From Phoronis australis (lineage: Eukaryota > Animalia > Phoronida), in contig NMRA01000678.1 of NCBI GenBank assembly GCA_002633005.1, forward strand, positions 146,142 through 210,141: a stretch of DNA of 64,000 bases, read 5' to 3'. A program made the translations under genes and the position numbers. Positions 12,968-24,436 of the stretch are shown one piece after another. Position 1 is the first letter of the stretch. Each line of letters opens with the position of its first letter. The notes beneath the pieces are model-generated. The model searched no databases. It worked only from the letters and a program-made list of their open reading frames with translations, and had not been told where the DNA came from.

Positions 12968-13105
12968 TAGTGCTGTAGTGGTAAAATTAGATGTAAGTAG
13001 GCGCCCTTGAGCACTGAACGTAACTTACGATGCGTAGGCGCTGCGTTCAAATACCAAAAGGTGGTTGGCTTCGCCTACGTGTGCCTACGTCCCACTACAG
13101 CACTG
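12968..13105. mobile_element. 138-bp hAT-like MITE downstream of the innexin stop codon
   Basis: TIRs TAGTGCTGTAGTGG / CCACTACAGCACTG; 8-bp TSD AAACTAAG / AAACCAAG with one mismatch. An isolated matching end lies near 56429-56443. Confidence 0.7.
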
Positions 13106-13299
13106 AAACCAAGCTTGTAAACTGTCGTTCTTCGTTTGTCTGCCCGTAAGACGCCGGCCCATTGGGAACTACATCTCTCAGCTCTCGCCGCTCTTATCCA
13201 CAATTTTGCCTCAGCAACCGTTTGAAGGTTTTGTTTCCGAAACTTTCTGTTTTGTTAACTTTCGGACGGTGCGTTTAGTGCCGACGCCGCGAGGAGTAA

Positions 13300-14508
13300 C
13301 TATACTGCTTCCGCTGATAATTTGCTTGGGTGATAATCGCGCCGAAACTTCTTGAAATGTTCCCATAGTCCTAATACGACGTCCGTGATAACGAGGTCGT
13401 TAGCGTTCTTGCTCACAAGTCTCAGGACAAACAGTCCGTCCTGGCGAAGGTAGGTGTCTACGAAGGTGTTCGCTAACTTTTTGTCCGCTTGCGTGTTGAA
13501 CTGGTTGGCCATCTTTAAGTACTTTTTGATGTAATGACGACGCGTCTTTTGAAACGCTGTCGCGATCCACGGGAGAAGTCCCCAACAACTGAGCGCGGCG
13601 ACCAGTACCAGCCAAAACCATATGAAGATGAAGATCTTTTCGCTGAAAAGATTGATAGGAAGAGCACACTGGAGCGTGTAGCGGTGGATGTTGTGCAATC
13701 CCCCAAGCCTTCGTATCTCAAAGTCGCAAAGAGTAACACGTGGGAACCGTCGCGACTCTCTCCAGTCACTACCATTGGCGATTTTGCTGATTACTTCTGT
13801 TCCGTAATATGCGAAGTCCTGTCGCAGAAAAGCGTTGAGCAAAAACAGTTGCGCAATGCTGTTGGCTATGTACAATAATTTGACCAAAAGATAGACAAAC
13901 AGCATTTGGTTTCCAACCCGTTTTCCGCAGAAGCACATCCGCTCGGCTAGGAACACTTGCAGACGACGGCAAAAACTGGGTCGGTACTCGTGATGGGCAG
14001 TGAAGTAACGATCCATATGGCGCACCAGATAGTTCATTGTTTTCTCCCGATTCTCGGGATTCAGGTGCTCACTGGTAGTGATGGTCGCGACAACACCGGA
14101 AACATCGAGACCCACTCGACTGTTGTACAAGCGCCACACGACGTGCGGTAGATAGAACAGGAATGCCATCGACAGCAAAATGTATGGAAACCACTGGTAG
14201 TAGCTCAACTCTCGGTCTCGCCTGGTTCCAATAAAGGAAGGGATATCCTCTATTTTGTCATTGTGTCCAACGTAATAAGTGTTACTAATCCAGCATATAT
14301 TGTCCGCATATTTCACGTGTTGGCTGCTAAAGTGCGCCGGCGTCCAACAGTCGATGGGATCGCCGACATACTGTTTGGTGCCGATAATGATGGTGCTGAT
14401 GAGAAGAACACCCAGTGTGTAGCGATGACTCATTCGATCGAAAAAATCGTCGTCGTAATGAATGGAGATTTTAGTGACTTTGGCGATTATGTCCAAAAAC
14501 GACGACAT
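13300..14508 (-). CDS. inx: Innexin (gap-junction/hemichannel protein), single coding exon, 402 aa
   Basis: Motifs DDDFFDRMSHRYT, QYVGDPIDCWTP, NICW, YYQW, FPRVTLCDF, QCALPINLFSEKIFIFIWFW and YLRQDGLFVLRLV; four TM segments; two Cys per extracellular loop. The ORF-track start at 14628 is probably intronic, because an acceptor gatttcag|G sits directly before ATG 14508 (MSSFLDIIAKV). Confidence 0.97.
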   Translation of the reverse strand: MSSFLDIIAKVTKISIHYDDDFFDRMSHRYTLGVLLISTIIIGTKQYVGDPIDCWTPAHFSSQHVKYADNICWISNTYYVGHNDKIEDIPSFIGTRRDRELSYYQWFPYILLSMAFLFYLPHVVWRLYNSRVGLDVSGVVATITTSEHLNPENREKTMNYLVRHMDRYFTAHHEYRPSFCRRLQVFLAERMCFCGKRVGNQMLFVYLLVKLLYIANSIAQLFLLNAFLRQDFAYYGTEVISKIANGSDWRESRRFPRVTLCDFEIRRLGGLHNIHRYTLQCALPINLFSEKIFIFIWFWLVLVAALSCWGLLPWIATAFQKTRRHYIKKYLKMANQFNTQADKKLANTFVDTYLRQDGLFVLRLVSKNANDLVITDVVLGLWEHFKKFRRDYHPSKLSAEAV

Positions 14509-14702
14509 CCTGAAATCACCAATTGAAGAATTATTGTACGATAAAAGGAACAAAACTGAAACATTATCAATTGAATCAGACTTGATTAGTGTATGGAAGG
14601 ATATTTGAAAATTGTTTGCAACTGACATATAAACCGTATAAATAAAGCGTCAATAGTCTAGTCTCCCATCACATGTCACAATTTTTGATTTAGACAACTT
14701 AC

Positions 14703-14935
14703 CGTTACGAATCTGGTATCAAATTTTTCCTGTGAGTCAAAGTGAAGATTCTCGAACTTGAAAAGAACTGTCTGTGCGTTATTGCTACAGACCAGGCTCT
14801 GCAATTTGTGTTGTCACGACAGGTCAGTTTATGGACCAAGCACAGCCAGTTCTTTGTAAACCCCGAAATCACTTCTGATTTGATTGATTGAGAAATAAGA
14901 TGAGATAATTTTTGTAGAGTGTAAGTGGTCTCCAT
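14703..14935 (-). other. Probable 5' leader exon of the innexin
   Basis: Consensus donor CG|GTAAGT at 14703/14702 pairs with the acceptor at 14510-14511 to give a 193-nt intron. The 5' limit is uncertain. Confidence 0.55.
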
Positions 14936-16453
14936 CGTTAGACAAGACGCTGGTTTATCACCGTTTTTACCTCCTCAAAAACACTATCATTCCCAAAATT
15001 CTTCAATACGGCCCATAGCTAAGAATAGTTTAAAAATTAACTGCTGTGTGTACATATCCGAGCATCTCTTTCAAGCATGGTTTAACTCAAATGGTCCGCG
15101 TATAGGCGCATGCGTATAATTCCGGATGTAGGCGCAGCTTCGAATGTAAGCGCATGGGCCCAACGTCCATATACTCTAATAGAGCCAGAGATAATTAAGT
15201 ACGCCTCCTATAGCATATGCTGATTTAGGTGGACCAGGAGCTAAGCCCTCACGTCCGGTGCACGACCAAAACAAAAGAAAGTCGACGGCACTGACACTGC
15301 GAAATAGGCCGCGGTGGGCCGCAAGCCACAGGGGGCTTAAAAACTACTTCTGCGACGATTTGGGGGAGAAGGCAATTTTGCTATTGTATTTTATAAAAAG
15401 TTCCTGTATTAAAACTTCTTAAAAATGAATTAGATGTCCATAAGTGGTGATACTGCAACTAATATTTCCGTAAGTTGTCTTAAGTGTAAATCCACATTGT
15501 TTTTTTCGCGCCACTTCATGGTGAAATTTGGAACTACCATTCCAACATCTTGATATTGTTGTTGGACTTCTAAACAGAAATACATTATCACACTGACAAC
15601 ACCAGATAGAGTGACATTATGGGTGAGAAAAACATTTCTAAGATCAGCCCATTTTTAATCGAAACCGAATCACGTCCTGCTATCTTAGCTAACCCCACTC
15701 AGTATATGGACGAACCCTGCGCGTATGTAAATTCGAAGAGTCACCGGCCTTGATTTCAGCAAATGTCTGGCAGACAACGGTAAACGATAAATCCTAAAAA
15801 CACGGCGGATTTTATCGTTTTATAGCTCTGGTCAAAAGTCGTAAATTTAAAAAGTTTATTCTAGTCGACAATAACCTCAAAATTGCCTACCGACTTCTAC
15901 TACTTTGGCTCCGCCTAGTGGCAGTTTTTTGCACCCATAACTGTATCTCCCAAACCCACTGCAGGAGCTTTATTAAATTTAACAAGTTTAATTATATGAA
16001 GTTGACAACGGTTGACAACGGACGACAACGACTTACACATTTACAAATCTTTATGCGTAATTGGGGAGCACATGTTTTTCCAAATAATCCTCAAACTTAC
16101 GCAAGACGGTGAGAAAGATCCACTTCCTTTAATTCCAAATCTTTCACACCAGTTATATTAATTAACTGCGAGCCTTTTTAATTTAAATTAGAGTGAACAC
16201 TAAAATTGCAATTGCACCAAAGGCAAATTTTGATCGAAGAAAAACTTTTTAGCACTTAACATTGAGCATGAGCTGGCTGTGCGCACCTTGTTTGCGCTAA
16301 TATTAGCAATCTTGTTTCGCCTATTTGATTCATTTCGGCTTTTAGATAAGACGATGGATTCATAGCTAGTCTACATGACACTAAGATGGCCGCCACCACG
16401 ACATCTTCCAAGTCCTGTACAAGCGTCATTGTTTAATATTCGCAATTCAGCAA

Positions 16454-16755
16454 CTGACTTCCTAAAACCGCTCTGAGGTGGTGGCGTATTACAACTATTA
16501 TTAAAATCTCTTGGTGTATTTACACCGACCTCTAGTCTATATATTGAATTCTCTGTAGTTTCAGAAGTCGTGGGTTAAAATCCTGCCTCGCATAAAAATG
16601 ACACCATCAGTGTACCACGTATCCGTGCTCGTTCTTCTAAGAACGCGGGAACACCTGACGATGGCCAGAGAAGAGACCAACCGAAACGTCGTGACAGTGT
16701 ATATAGACTAGAGGTCGGTGTGAATAGACCAAGAGATTTTAATAATAGTTGTAAT
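16454..16755 (+). mobile_element. Penelope-like retroelement remnant: inverted repeats enclosing a minimal hammerhead-ribozyme core
   Basis: 56-bp inverted repeats at 16488-16543 and 16700-16755 (2 mismatches); CTGACGA at 16655-16661 and CCGAAACGTC at 16681-16690; direct repeat AATTCAGCAA at 16444-16453 and 16753-16762. Confidence 0.6.
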
Positions 16756-19700
16756 TCAGCAATTGGAATTTAAGGATAGATGTTTTTATTACAAAACTCT
16801 AACAAAACGTGGTCAGAATCACTCGTTTATTAGCGAACGTGCAAGGTTTTCTTGGACTAACATTTTTTTTTCTACTCTTTAGCAAAAAGAAAATTTTTAG
16901 CACACGGCCGAGCCGGGGAGGCATCAAGAAGACCGAACATCTACTCCAAAAATTTTGAGCCTACGAAACGGCACAACGGGGGAAAACATTGGGCGTGGCG
17001 GAAAATAACAGCAGCCAACCGGGGAACACAGGACAGGGGCAACATCATTCCGCGAAGTGTGGGTGAGGGAAAAAATACCGTTACGGACCCGAAAGCAGGC
17101 TTCTGAATAAAACCGAAAGAAAAAAATATTGTTTTCAAAATTGAAGTTAAAGTAAAATTCCTTGTGTTAATGAAGCTATTTCGCAATCTTGATCACGTTT
17201 TTTGTCTTTTTCATTTCCTCCTCAAAGGTAGACAAAAGTCTGTCACTGTGAATTTTCCGAAATCTATTAATACAGCATTAACTTCATTAGTAACTGGCCA
17301 ATTTGATGATTATATTCGAAATGCAGCATACTATGACCAACAGGTTCAAGTTGTATTTCTGTGACGTATCGAGTATTTCGTGAACCGCCTCCTCTAGTAT
17401 ACAGATGGTGTTTCCTACTCGGCTGATCATCGAGATTTGGAAAATTTCACTCCAGTTTAACTAAATAATGTGAACGCTCGATTCTTTCAGTTCAGGCGTA
17501 TTATACCTTATTGTAAACAGCAAATTAGGCGTGTTTTTCTCTTTTGAAAGAACGCAAGCAAGAAGGTCACCTGGTGTTCAAAACATCACGTGACTTGTTG
17601 CAGGAATACGTTTCAATGTTATCTCAATATCTTATCAAGTGTTCTGTCAAAATATTCAACTAAGTCCGCTTAAAATATATGATCTGTTATTGCGTACCTG
17701 GTGAGATAAAGAGTTGCCCGATTTAACGTAAGCCACGAATAAACTATGGTGATGAAAAAATGTGGGAAGGGATCCAAACCGCATCAACTTGCACATTTTT
17801 CGAATGAATATAACGTTAGATTCTGTGGCTTGACGCTACAGGAATAATTATTTTTTTATCGGACGTCTAAGCCCATCGACCACGTTATTAAAATAGCTGA
17901 CGTTCAAGTTCTATGAACTTAGTTTTAAATCGCTATCCGTTTATCAAACTTTAATGAGAGTCCGCGGGCGGAACTAGGGCTTTTGAACGCTCGAAAATCC
18001 CTTTCTATCACAAGAAAGCTCACCTCATTTATCGAAAACAACATAACGAACCCCCCTTTTACAAATCTTAATCCGCTAGTGGTGAGATTGCCAAGGTATC
18101 AACATTATATAATTTTAATCGTCTCAGCACATGTGTTGATTAGAGCGGAAACTACACGCATTGTTCAATTATTTGTAGTCAAAATAAACAAAAGTTCAGA
18201 TTCCGTACCAGCGCAAAAGTGCCAATGGGTTAAGGTAGTAAATATTGAGTCATTCGCTTTACGGCGTCGATTTCTATTGATACAGTGGCCACAAAGGGTC
18301 CCATTTCTTCAAATACCTTTTTAAATACTTATGGCTATGATTCAGCATACGTTCAATTCCTTGTTGATCATAGAAACGGATCACTTCACGGAAGTGATGC
18401 TTGAGTGTTCAGGGGCACATGGGTTGCTTTTTTATTTTAAAACATGCTTTGCGGATTTAGACTGACTGAACTATCAAACACGTAAAAGTTTGCACTAAAC
18501 CCAAGAATCATGTATCAACAGGTATAAGAATTTGTATGAGTTTAACAATAAGTCTTTTTCAGGCAACGAAAACGGTTGTCACAGATGAGGAATTCAATAC
18601 GAGTCAAAAGCTTTGATGTTTTCGCATTCAAACACGAATCGACTTCGTGGCACAAAAAATTACATAGTTCATTTCCCGACAACCTGTTACGATTATCGAA
18701 CACTTACATACAAGTTTCGAACGAAATATTTTACATGTATAAAAGTTACGCAGCTCTCCTTGAAAGATCGCAATTATAAAAAAGTTCACGTTATTACAAA
18801 GTCTGAACAATACATTCTTGTATGTGACAAGACCGCTAGCTGTGATCATCAACGACTTGAAAATGCGTTGAGTTTTTGCTGACTGTATGAGAACAATTTG
18901 AGGAATTGTGCCCCTACTTCACAAGGGGATTCAATTACTGCGAGCACTTTTCAACACTAAAACTAACGCTTAGTACGGTGAACGTTTCAGAGAATTATTG
19001 AATTAATAACTGAATATATAGACAAGTTAGTTTCCGCCACACCCATTCAGATATAACACAACAGGTCGCACTCACACTCCGACATGTGACAAGTGACATT
19101 AACCCTAGGTATACCGGGGTCGAGAACGCGTTAATCCTATTTCAAGCCATATTCAGCTATAGACTGGATCAAGATCAGATAGAATTAAATCCGTTTACTG
19201 ATGATTCGGTTCATGTCAGGGTCTGTATTCGGACTGGGCATTTCTTCATTCTTTCCACTATCCCCATATTAAATGTTTAACGGAATATGCAGAACAAATT
19301 GCATGTAGCGATATACCTTTTGAGTTCAGTAATAAGCTTAACGAAGCTCAGAAGCTGGCTGGAAAGAATCGTTAAATTTAACCTACTTAAAACATGATTT
19401 TGACGAAGTGGCTCCACACACATTGTTTGTGTCTCGTGCAAGCCTTGTGCGTCTTATTTTCGGTTATCAACGAACACTCAGGACCACGCAAATAATACTG
19501 CTATGTCTCCAGAAGTAACATGATTTGGATCAAAGCTCCGAATACCAAGTATTTTCCAGAAATGTAGGCCTAATCACGTTGTATTAAGGTGTTCAGTTCG
19601 TCCTAAACTTCATTTTATATGGGTTTAGCCATTAAGCAATTATGTGCTCTCTGGTTTTATGTCAATGTTGTGAAAAAGAAAGAACTATTATTACTGCTAA

Positions 19701-21176
19701 ATGTCACCGCCTATTATTATCAAGTTACTCTAGTCAACGCCTATATTGTCGGATTAGTGAGTAATAAAGTCAGAGAGATCCTTATTTTTTAAGTCTCGAT
19801 ATCACGAGGTCACCGGCCCCGTCGTCCAAAAGCGTCTCTTGTAAAAAAGTGCAGCCGGTAAACTACTGATTTAGTTAACGGTGAACAATATTGTACACAG
19901 CTTCGATGGTTTATATTCTCTTTATTACAAGAACGCGATTGCACAATTTTCACTATTTTAAAATAAAACGACATTAATCTGTTAGCTTCACCATACGTTA
20001 CTTACCTGATGTCGAGTCACTTTACACCTGCCCGTTGTCTTTGGGTTTACGATCTGGTTTGGGGCTTCGTCAAAAGCCGGGCCTCGACTGTCTGATAAGA
20101 TAACCCAGGAACCCACACACTCACCCAGGGTATCAGCGTGGAGCCGTGTTGCGACCACCGTCTTGAAGACAACACGTTTGGTATTCACGTGCTACCTACC
20201 ATGTGTCGTCTGTGAGGACTGTGCTTTTGAATAGAGTTGCCTGCGGCCACCTCTTGAACTGCCTTTGTGTGTTGTTTAGACAGCTTTACACGTTTGTATT
20301 TATGCGCACTCGTTTGAGAACCGTAAATGTTACGTTAACGGAAAATCAAGACATTGATGAATTATTGAAATGCATTTGCGTTTTTAAACTTTCAACAGCA
20401 AATTAGGGTTTGAGAACCGGAGGGGGAGGACGATGTCTTACGTAAGTGGCGTATACGGATCAACCTGCTTAGGAGACAAGAGGATTTTCCGGGTGTCTTC
20501 TACTTTAACAGGAGAAAGACACCTGGAAAATTTCCTACGAAATGATACCTGAGTGACGTTGATGGAGGAGTTTCTTACATTTATTGAAATTTGTGGTAGT
20601 AGTGGCTGTTGTGCAAAAGGTTCTTTAAGTCAATCTTATAAAAAATCATGACAAGTTTAAAAACCCTTCAAAAGAGTATGGGGGAAACTATAAGAAAGTT
20701 TGCTACGGTCATGATTTTTCACAGATGCTTCAAATGAATTAGATCCCCTTTAATCCTGTTGGATCCGCAACTGTCAGCCGTTCTGAAATGCCTTTGGTAA
20801 AAAAGTAGTCGCCGAGATGCGTTGCGTTCGTTGCGGTTTTGTTCCGTCAAGTATTTGAACACAACAAAGTCAACATTGTATACAATGAATCTGTCATATG
20901 TTCGTGTTTGGAAGGTGTGTGCTGCGTATTCACTAAATGACAACTTGTTAAACAAAATACCAAAATCATATTAATTTAAGCCCAGCAAAGTACTTTCAAA
21001 TAGCTGTGTCTCGTGAACCAAACGTAATCGAGAAGATCAATGAAAATACTATAAGCTAATTTTTTGTTTATGATATTCAAATTTTATAAAATGTTTCCGT
21101 CAGTGGCAGTCGTGTTCATTTAAGTAGATGAAAGGGCAAGGTGACAGTGCTGAGCCTGAATCGTCACACAATAAAG

Positions 21177-21246
21177 CATGGGCGGCGTAGCACTGAAAAA
21201 AGTGGGGCTATAGCCCCCCCCAGCCCCCTATGGTGCGTCACCCATG
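21177..21246. mobile_element. Tiny MITE-like element
   Basis: Imperfect TIRs CATGGGCGGCG / CGTCACCCATG around an internal GGGGCTATAGCCCC palindrome. No clear TSD. Confidence 0.45.
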
Positions 21247-24200
21247 TACAGTAAATGATACATTTTAAAGAAGACCCGCGCATATCACTCGCATTATTCA
21301 CTTTTCCTCTGTTTGATAGCTTTACGGTGGTGACTATTTTTTGCAATTTGAACACGCATGAAAAACTTCAGATTCTTCATCGTTTTCGAAAACATATATT
21401 TTAAGAGTAACATACCTTGAGTTGTGTATTCAAAAATCTAAAGCGACATTAAAACGACGTACATGTATTTGTTCTAATCATGTTTTTCAGTCGCACAGAA
21501 ACCATGTCTCTCCAAAATCGTGCGCCGCGCCAGAATAGTCATTTTTATAGACGAGTGCCAAGTTACGATTCTGTCATTGAACCATCGGCAGGCCTGTTTA
21601 TGTACAGTGGCTACGACGAACGCATTTGGAGGTGCCTAATAAAGCGGTAAAAGAGAAAATAGGGGAAGTATAAACACGCAACTTCGCGTCAGTGAGATCA
21701 TTTTGACACTTAGCTTTGGCCAGTTCTTGGGTCCCCATATATCAGTGAAATTTCCATATCCCGGCATTGTTTTGAGCGATTCAGAAAAGGAACTGGTCAG
21801 GACTTTTCCCTTCAGAAGGGAGTGTCCAGGCCTTTAACCCGAAAATAAACCAAAAAGTTACACCTCTGGGAATCAGTAGAGAACACACATTCTACACGCT
21901 AGTGTGCAAACCAATTTTGTGGTACCCGGGGTGATTTGGTTTGTGATAAATCCGGCGTGGGTACAGACCGCGTGATTCTCGACAGTGACCTGCCGTGAGT
22001 GATACGAAAAACTGCGACGACAACAAACCGGTTTTTTTAATTCTGAATAACGAGGGAGAAGTAGGCATTTGTCCACCGACTGGTACATGAGTAATCAAAC
22101 TCGCGAAACTTTAATTGTATGGTTTTACGTTTCGCGGCGTTTACATGTCATACACAAGAGATAGTATGTATATAAATTACAAATTGCTGACCCTCTTCTC
22201 CAATAGAGTGAATTATATATCGCAATTTAGTCATGTTGAAGTTTTGTTATCACAATAAAGCCTCATTATAAATGAATCATAAAGAACGCCGTTTGAGCTC
22301 ACTGTTAATCTGTTGCGTTCACGTGAGTAAAAGCACGTCGAATAATTGACTGCACGTGACTATAATTACGTCACGAAAAATCGTAGTGTTCTGATGAAAT
22401 CCAGTCGACAGGCACTCGAATTTTTCAGTCAGTTCACGTACAACAGCACATCAAATAAGTATTCCACACGCGACAAGAATTTCTCCAGTCTTATTTAATA
22501 CAAAGAATTATATTTACACGACCTTTCCACGGCCCGACAGGTCTCGGTTCCCGTCACTTGTGATTTTCTCGTGATTTATTTGCTCATATTATAATGCATA
22601 ATCCTTTTAAATCAACGGCGGGGTCATGCAAGTAAATTACTTTTCTTTTTTGAGAACAAACTGCCTGTTTAGATTATATGTTCTGTTTATTATTTACAAA
22701 TAGATCCCGTATTGTTGCGAGTCTGTTGACTGGTTCACAAGTCTCGTATTTCTGTTTTGTCTTCATAACCCGTTTTATTGTCTCCAACAATATCTGAATG
22801 GAGTTAAAGGAGAATGCGAATGGAATTGGTGTTATGAAAGGTAATCAGTGGCGCACTTGAAAGAAAACATCAATGGTCTTGTGGTGAAAGTCGAGTCAGT
22901 GCAAAATTGTAAACGCTTGCGACATTTACGCTAGATTTGTTAACAATCAAATCAATGCACATTGGACCCTAAAATTTGGGTGCAGGCCCTTGCGTAAGAT
23001 ATCTGTAGTAAATCTACTATTCACACCACCGTACAAGACAATGGCCTACAAATTTCAAATCTGTTTAGATCAAAGTTGCCGGAAATTCAGTGATAATATT
23101 TTGCGCTACAGTGTGTACATCACGGCTTATATTGTAACTTTTATTGGTAGCAGTAACTGCATATACATGAATGGCTACTTGTAAGTCTTGCAAGTATCGT
23201 GAAATGGTTTATCGCAGCAAAAACCTTTGTTGGATGTCTTCGCCCCCACCACTTCGCCGGAGGCATGGTTGAAAAAAGCCTACGACGGCATACCGTATTC
23301 AGAACTTCCGCGAACATTCGTCGTTTAGAAATTAATATGTGGTCGGAGACCCCCCTAGCCGATTGTGTGGCAGGGTCTCTCATGGAATTCGTTGAAAAAC
23401 ACGACGGCCTAGATCTGCTGGTGAACAGAGCATGGTTAAGTTGAAGTAGTATAATTCTTTTAGTAATTTTACACAAAAGTAATTGCCAAAATAATACACT
23501 TTCTACTTTTCAAATGGTGAATTCTTTGCTGCAAATGATGGAAACTTTACACAAACTCGTTTTAAGGCACATATTAACTACCAACAATGCTGGAAATAGA
23601 CGATAATGTTATTAATCCCTTCTTTAGAGCGAAATCTGACACAGTAGAATTTCACTTGTCGGCCACCGTATGACAAATCAGTGACCAATTGGACTTATTA
23701 ATCATTCACAATATTTCTGTTACTGATATTTTTGAAAGAGAAAATAAAATTTGCAACGCACATCAGTTATCCTAGATACCTGGCAACAGACTGCAGTCAT
23801 TTTGTGAATGATTAATAGAATAACTAGATTACTGCTATTATCAACGAATTAATCCCGAATGAACTCTTCACTGTTTACAAGTGTACTGGCATCTTCTGTT
23901 CGGGGGGTGCAGCTCATGTTTAGAGGTTGGCGGATGTTTTCGTTCAAAGTTCGAAATACTTTCATGAGTCCGAGTTTTTATAGCTTGAAGTTCTACACGC
24001 TGTCTGTCATAATAAGTTGTTGAAGAAGACTTGTATCACATTTTTTGAAGATTAATACACTCCCCGTCGATGCGAGCTTCACTGATTGGCAAAACTGTTC
24101 TTAACGAAGGTTTTCGTCCGACGGTTTTACCCTGGCTAGTATCACAGGGTTACCCTTATTATATTTCCCAAGTGCGGTTTTATTTGCTGATACTGTAAGT

Positions 24201-24282
24201 AACCATACTTAGCGACAATAGGCCCGTGTAGACGGTAAAATGTCACCAATTTCGGCAAAAATAATGACTACAATATACATGT

Positions 24283-24436
24283 CAGTGGCGGATTTAGGGG
24301 GGCCAAAGGGGCTATGGCCCCCTTAAAATTCTCCTAGATTACATTTGGCAGTTCGGGGGTGCGAATGTTCGACGGACAATCCTGGCTAATACTCTGCCCT
24401 GGCTCCCCCTAACTCGAAATCCTGGATCCGCCCCTG
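24283..24436. mobile_element. MITE with CAG..CTG termini and 5-bp TSD (hAT5-like)
   Basis: TIRs CAGTGGCGGAT / ATCCGCCCCTG; perfect TSD CATGT at 24278-24282 and 24437-24441; homologous to the copies at 32255-32394 and 32720-32860. Confidence 0.85.

Noticed and set aside
13400-14526. Short ORFs overlapping the innexin in other frames or on the other strand
   Set aside because: Shadow ORFs of a GC-richer coding exon with no recognisable motifs.
14509-14628. 40-aa N-terminal extension of the innexin in the ORF track
   Set aside because: It runs through a pyrimidine-rich acceptor region ending tttcag|G ATG, and the typical innexin N-terminus starts at 14508.
16820-17110. Possible Crypton-type non-autonomous element (a similar feel at 25530-25650)
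   Set aside because: Only a vague resemblance; the ends and a second copy could not be defined.
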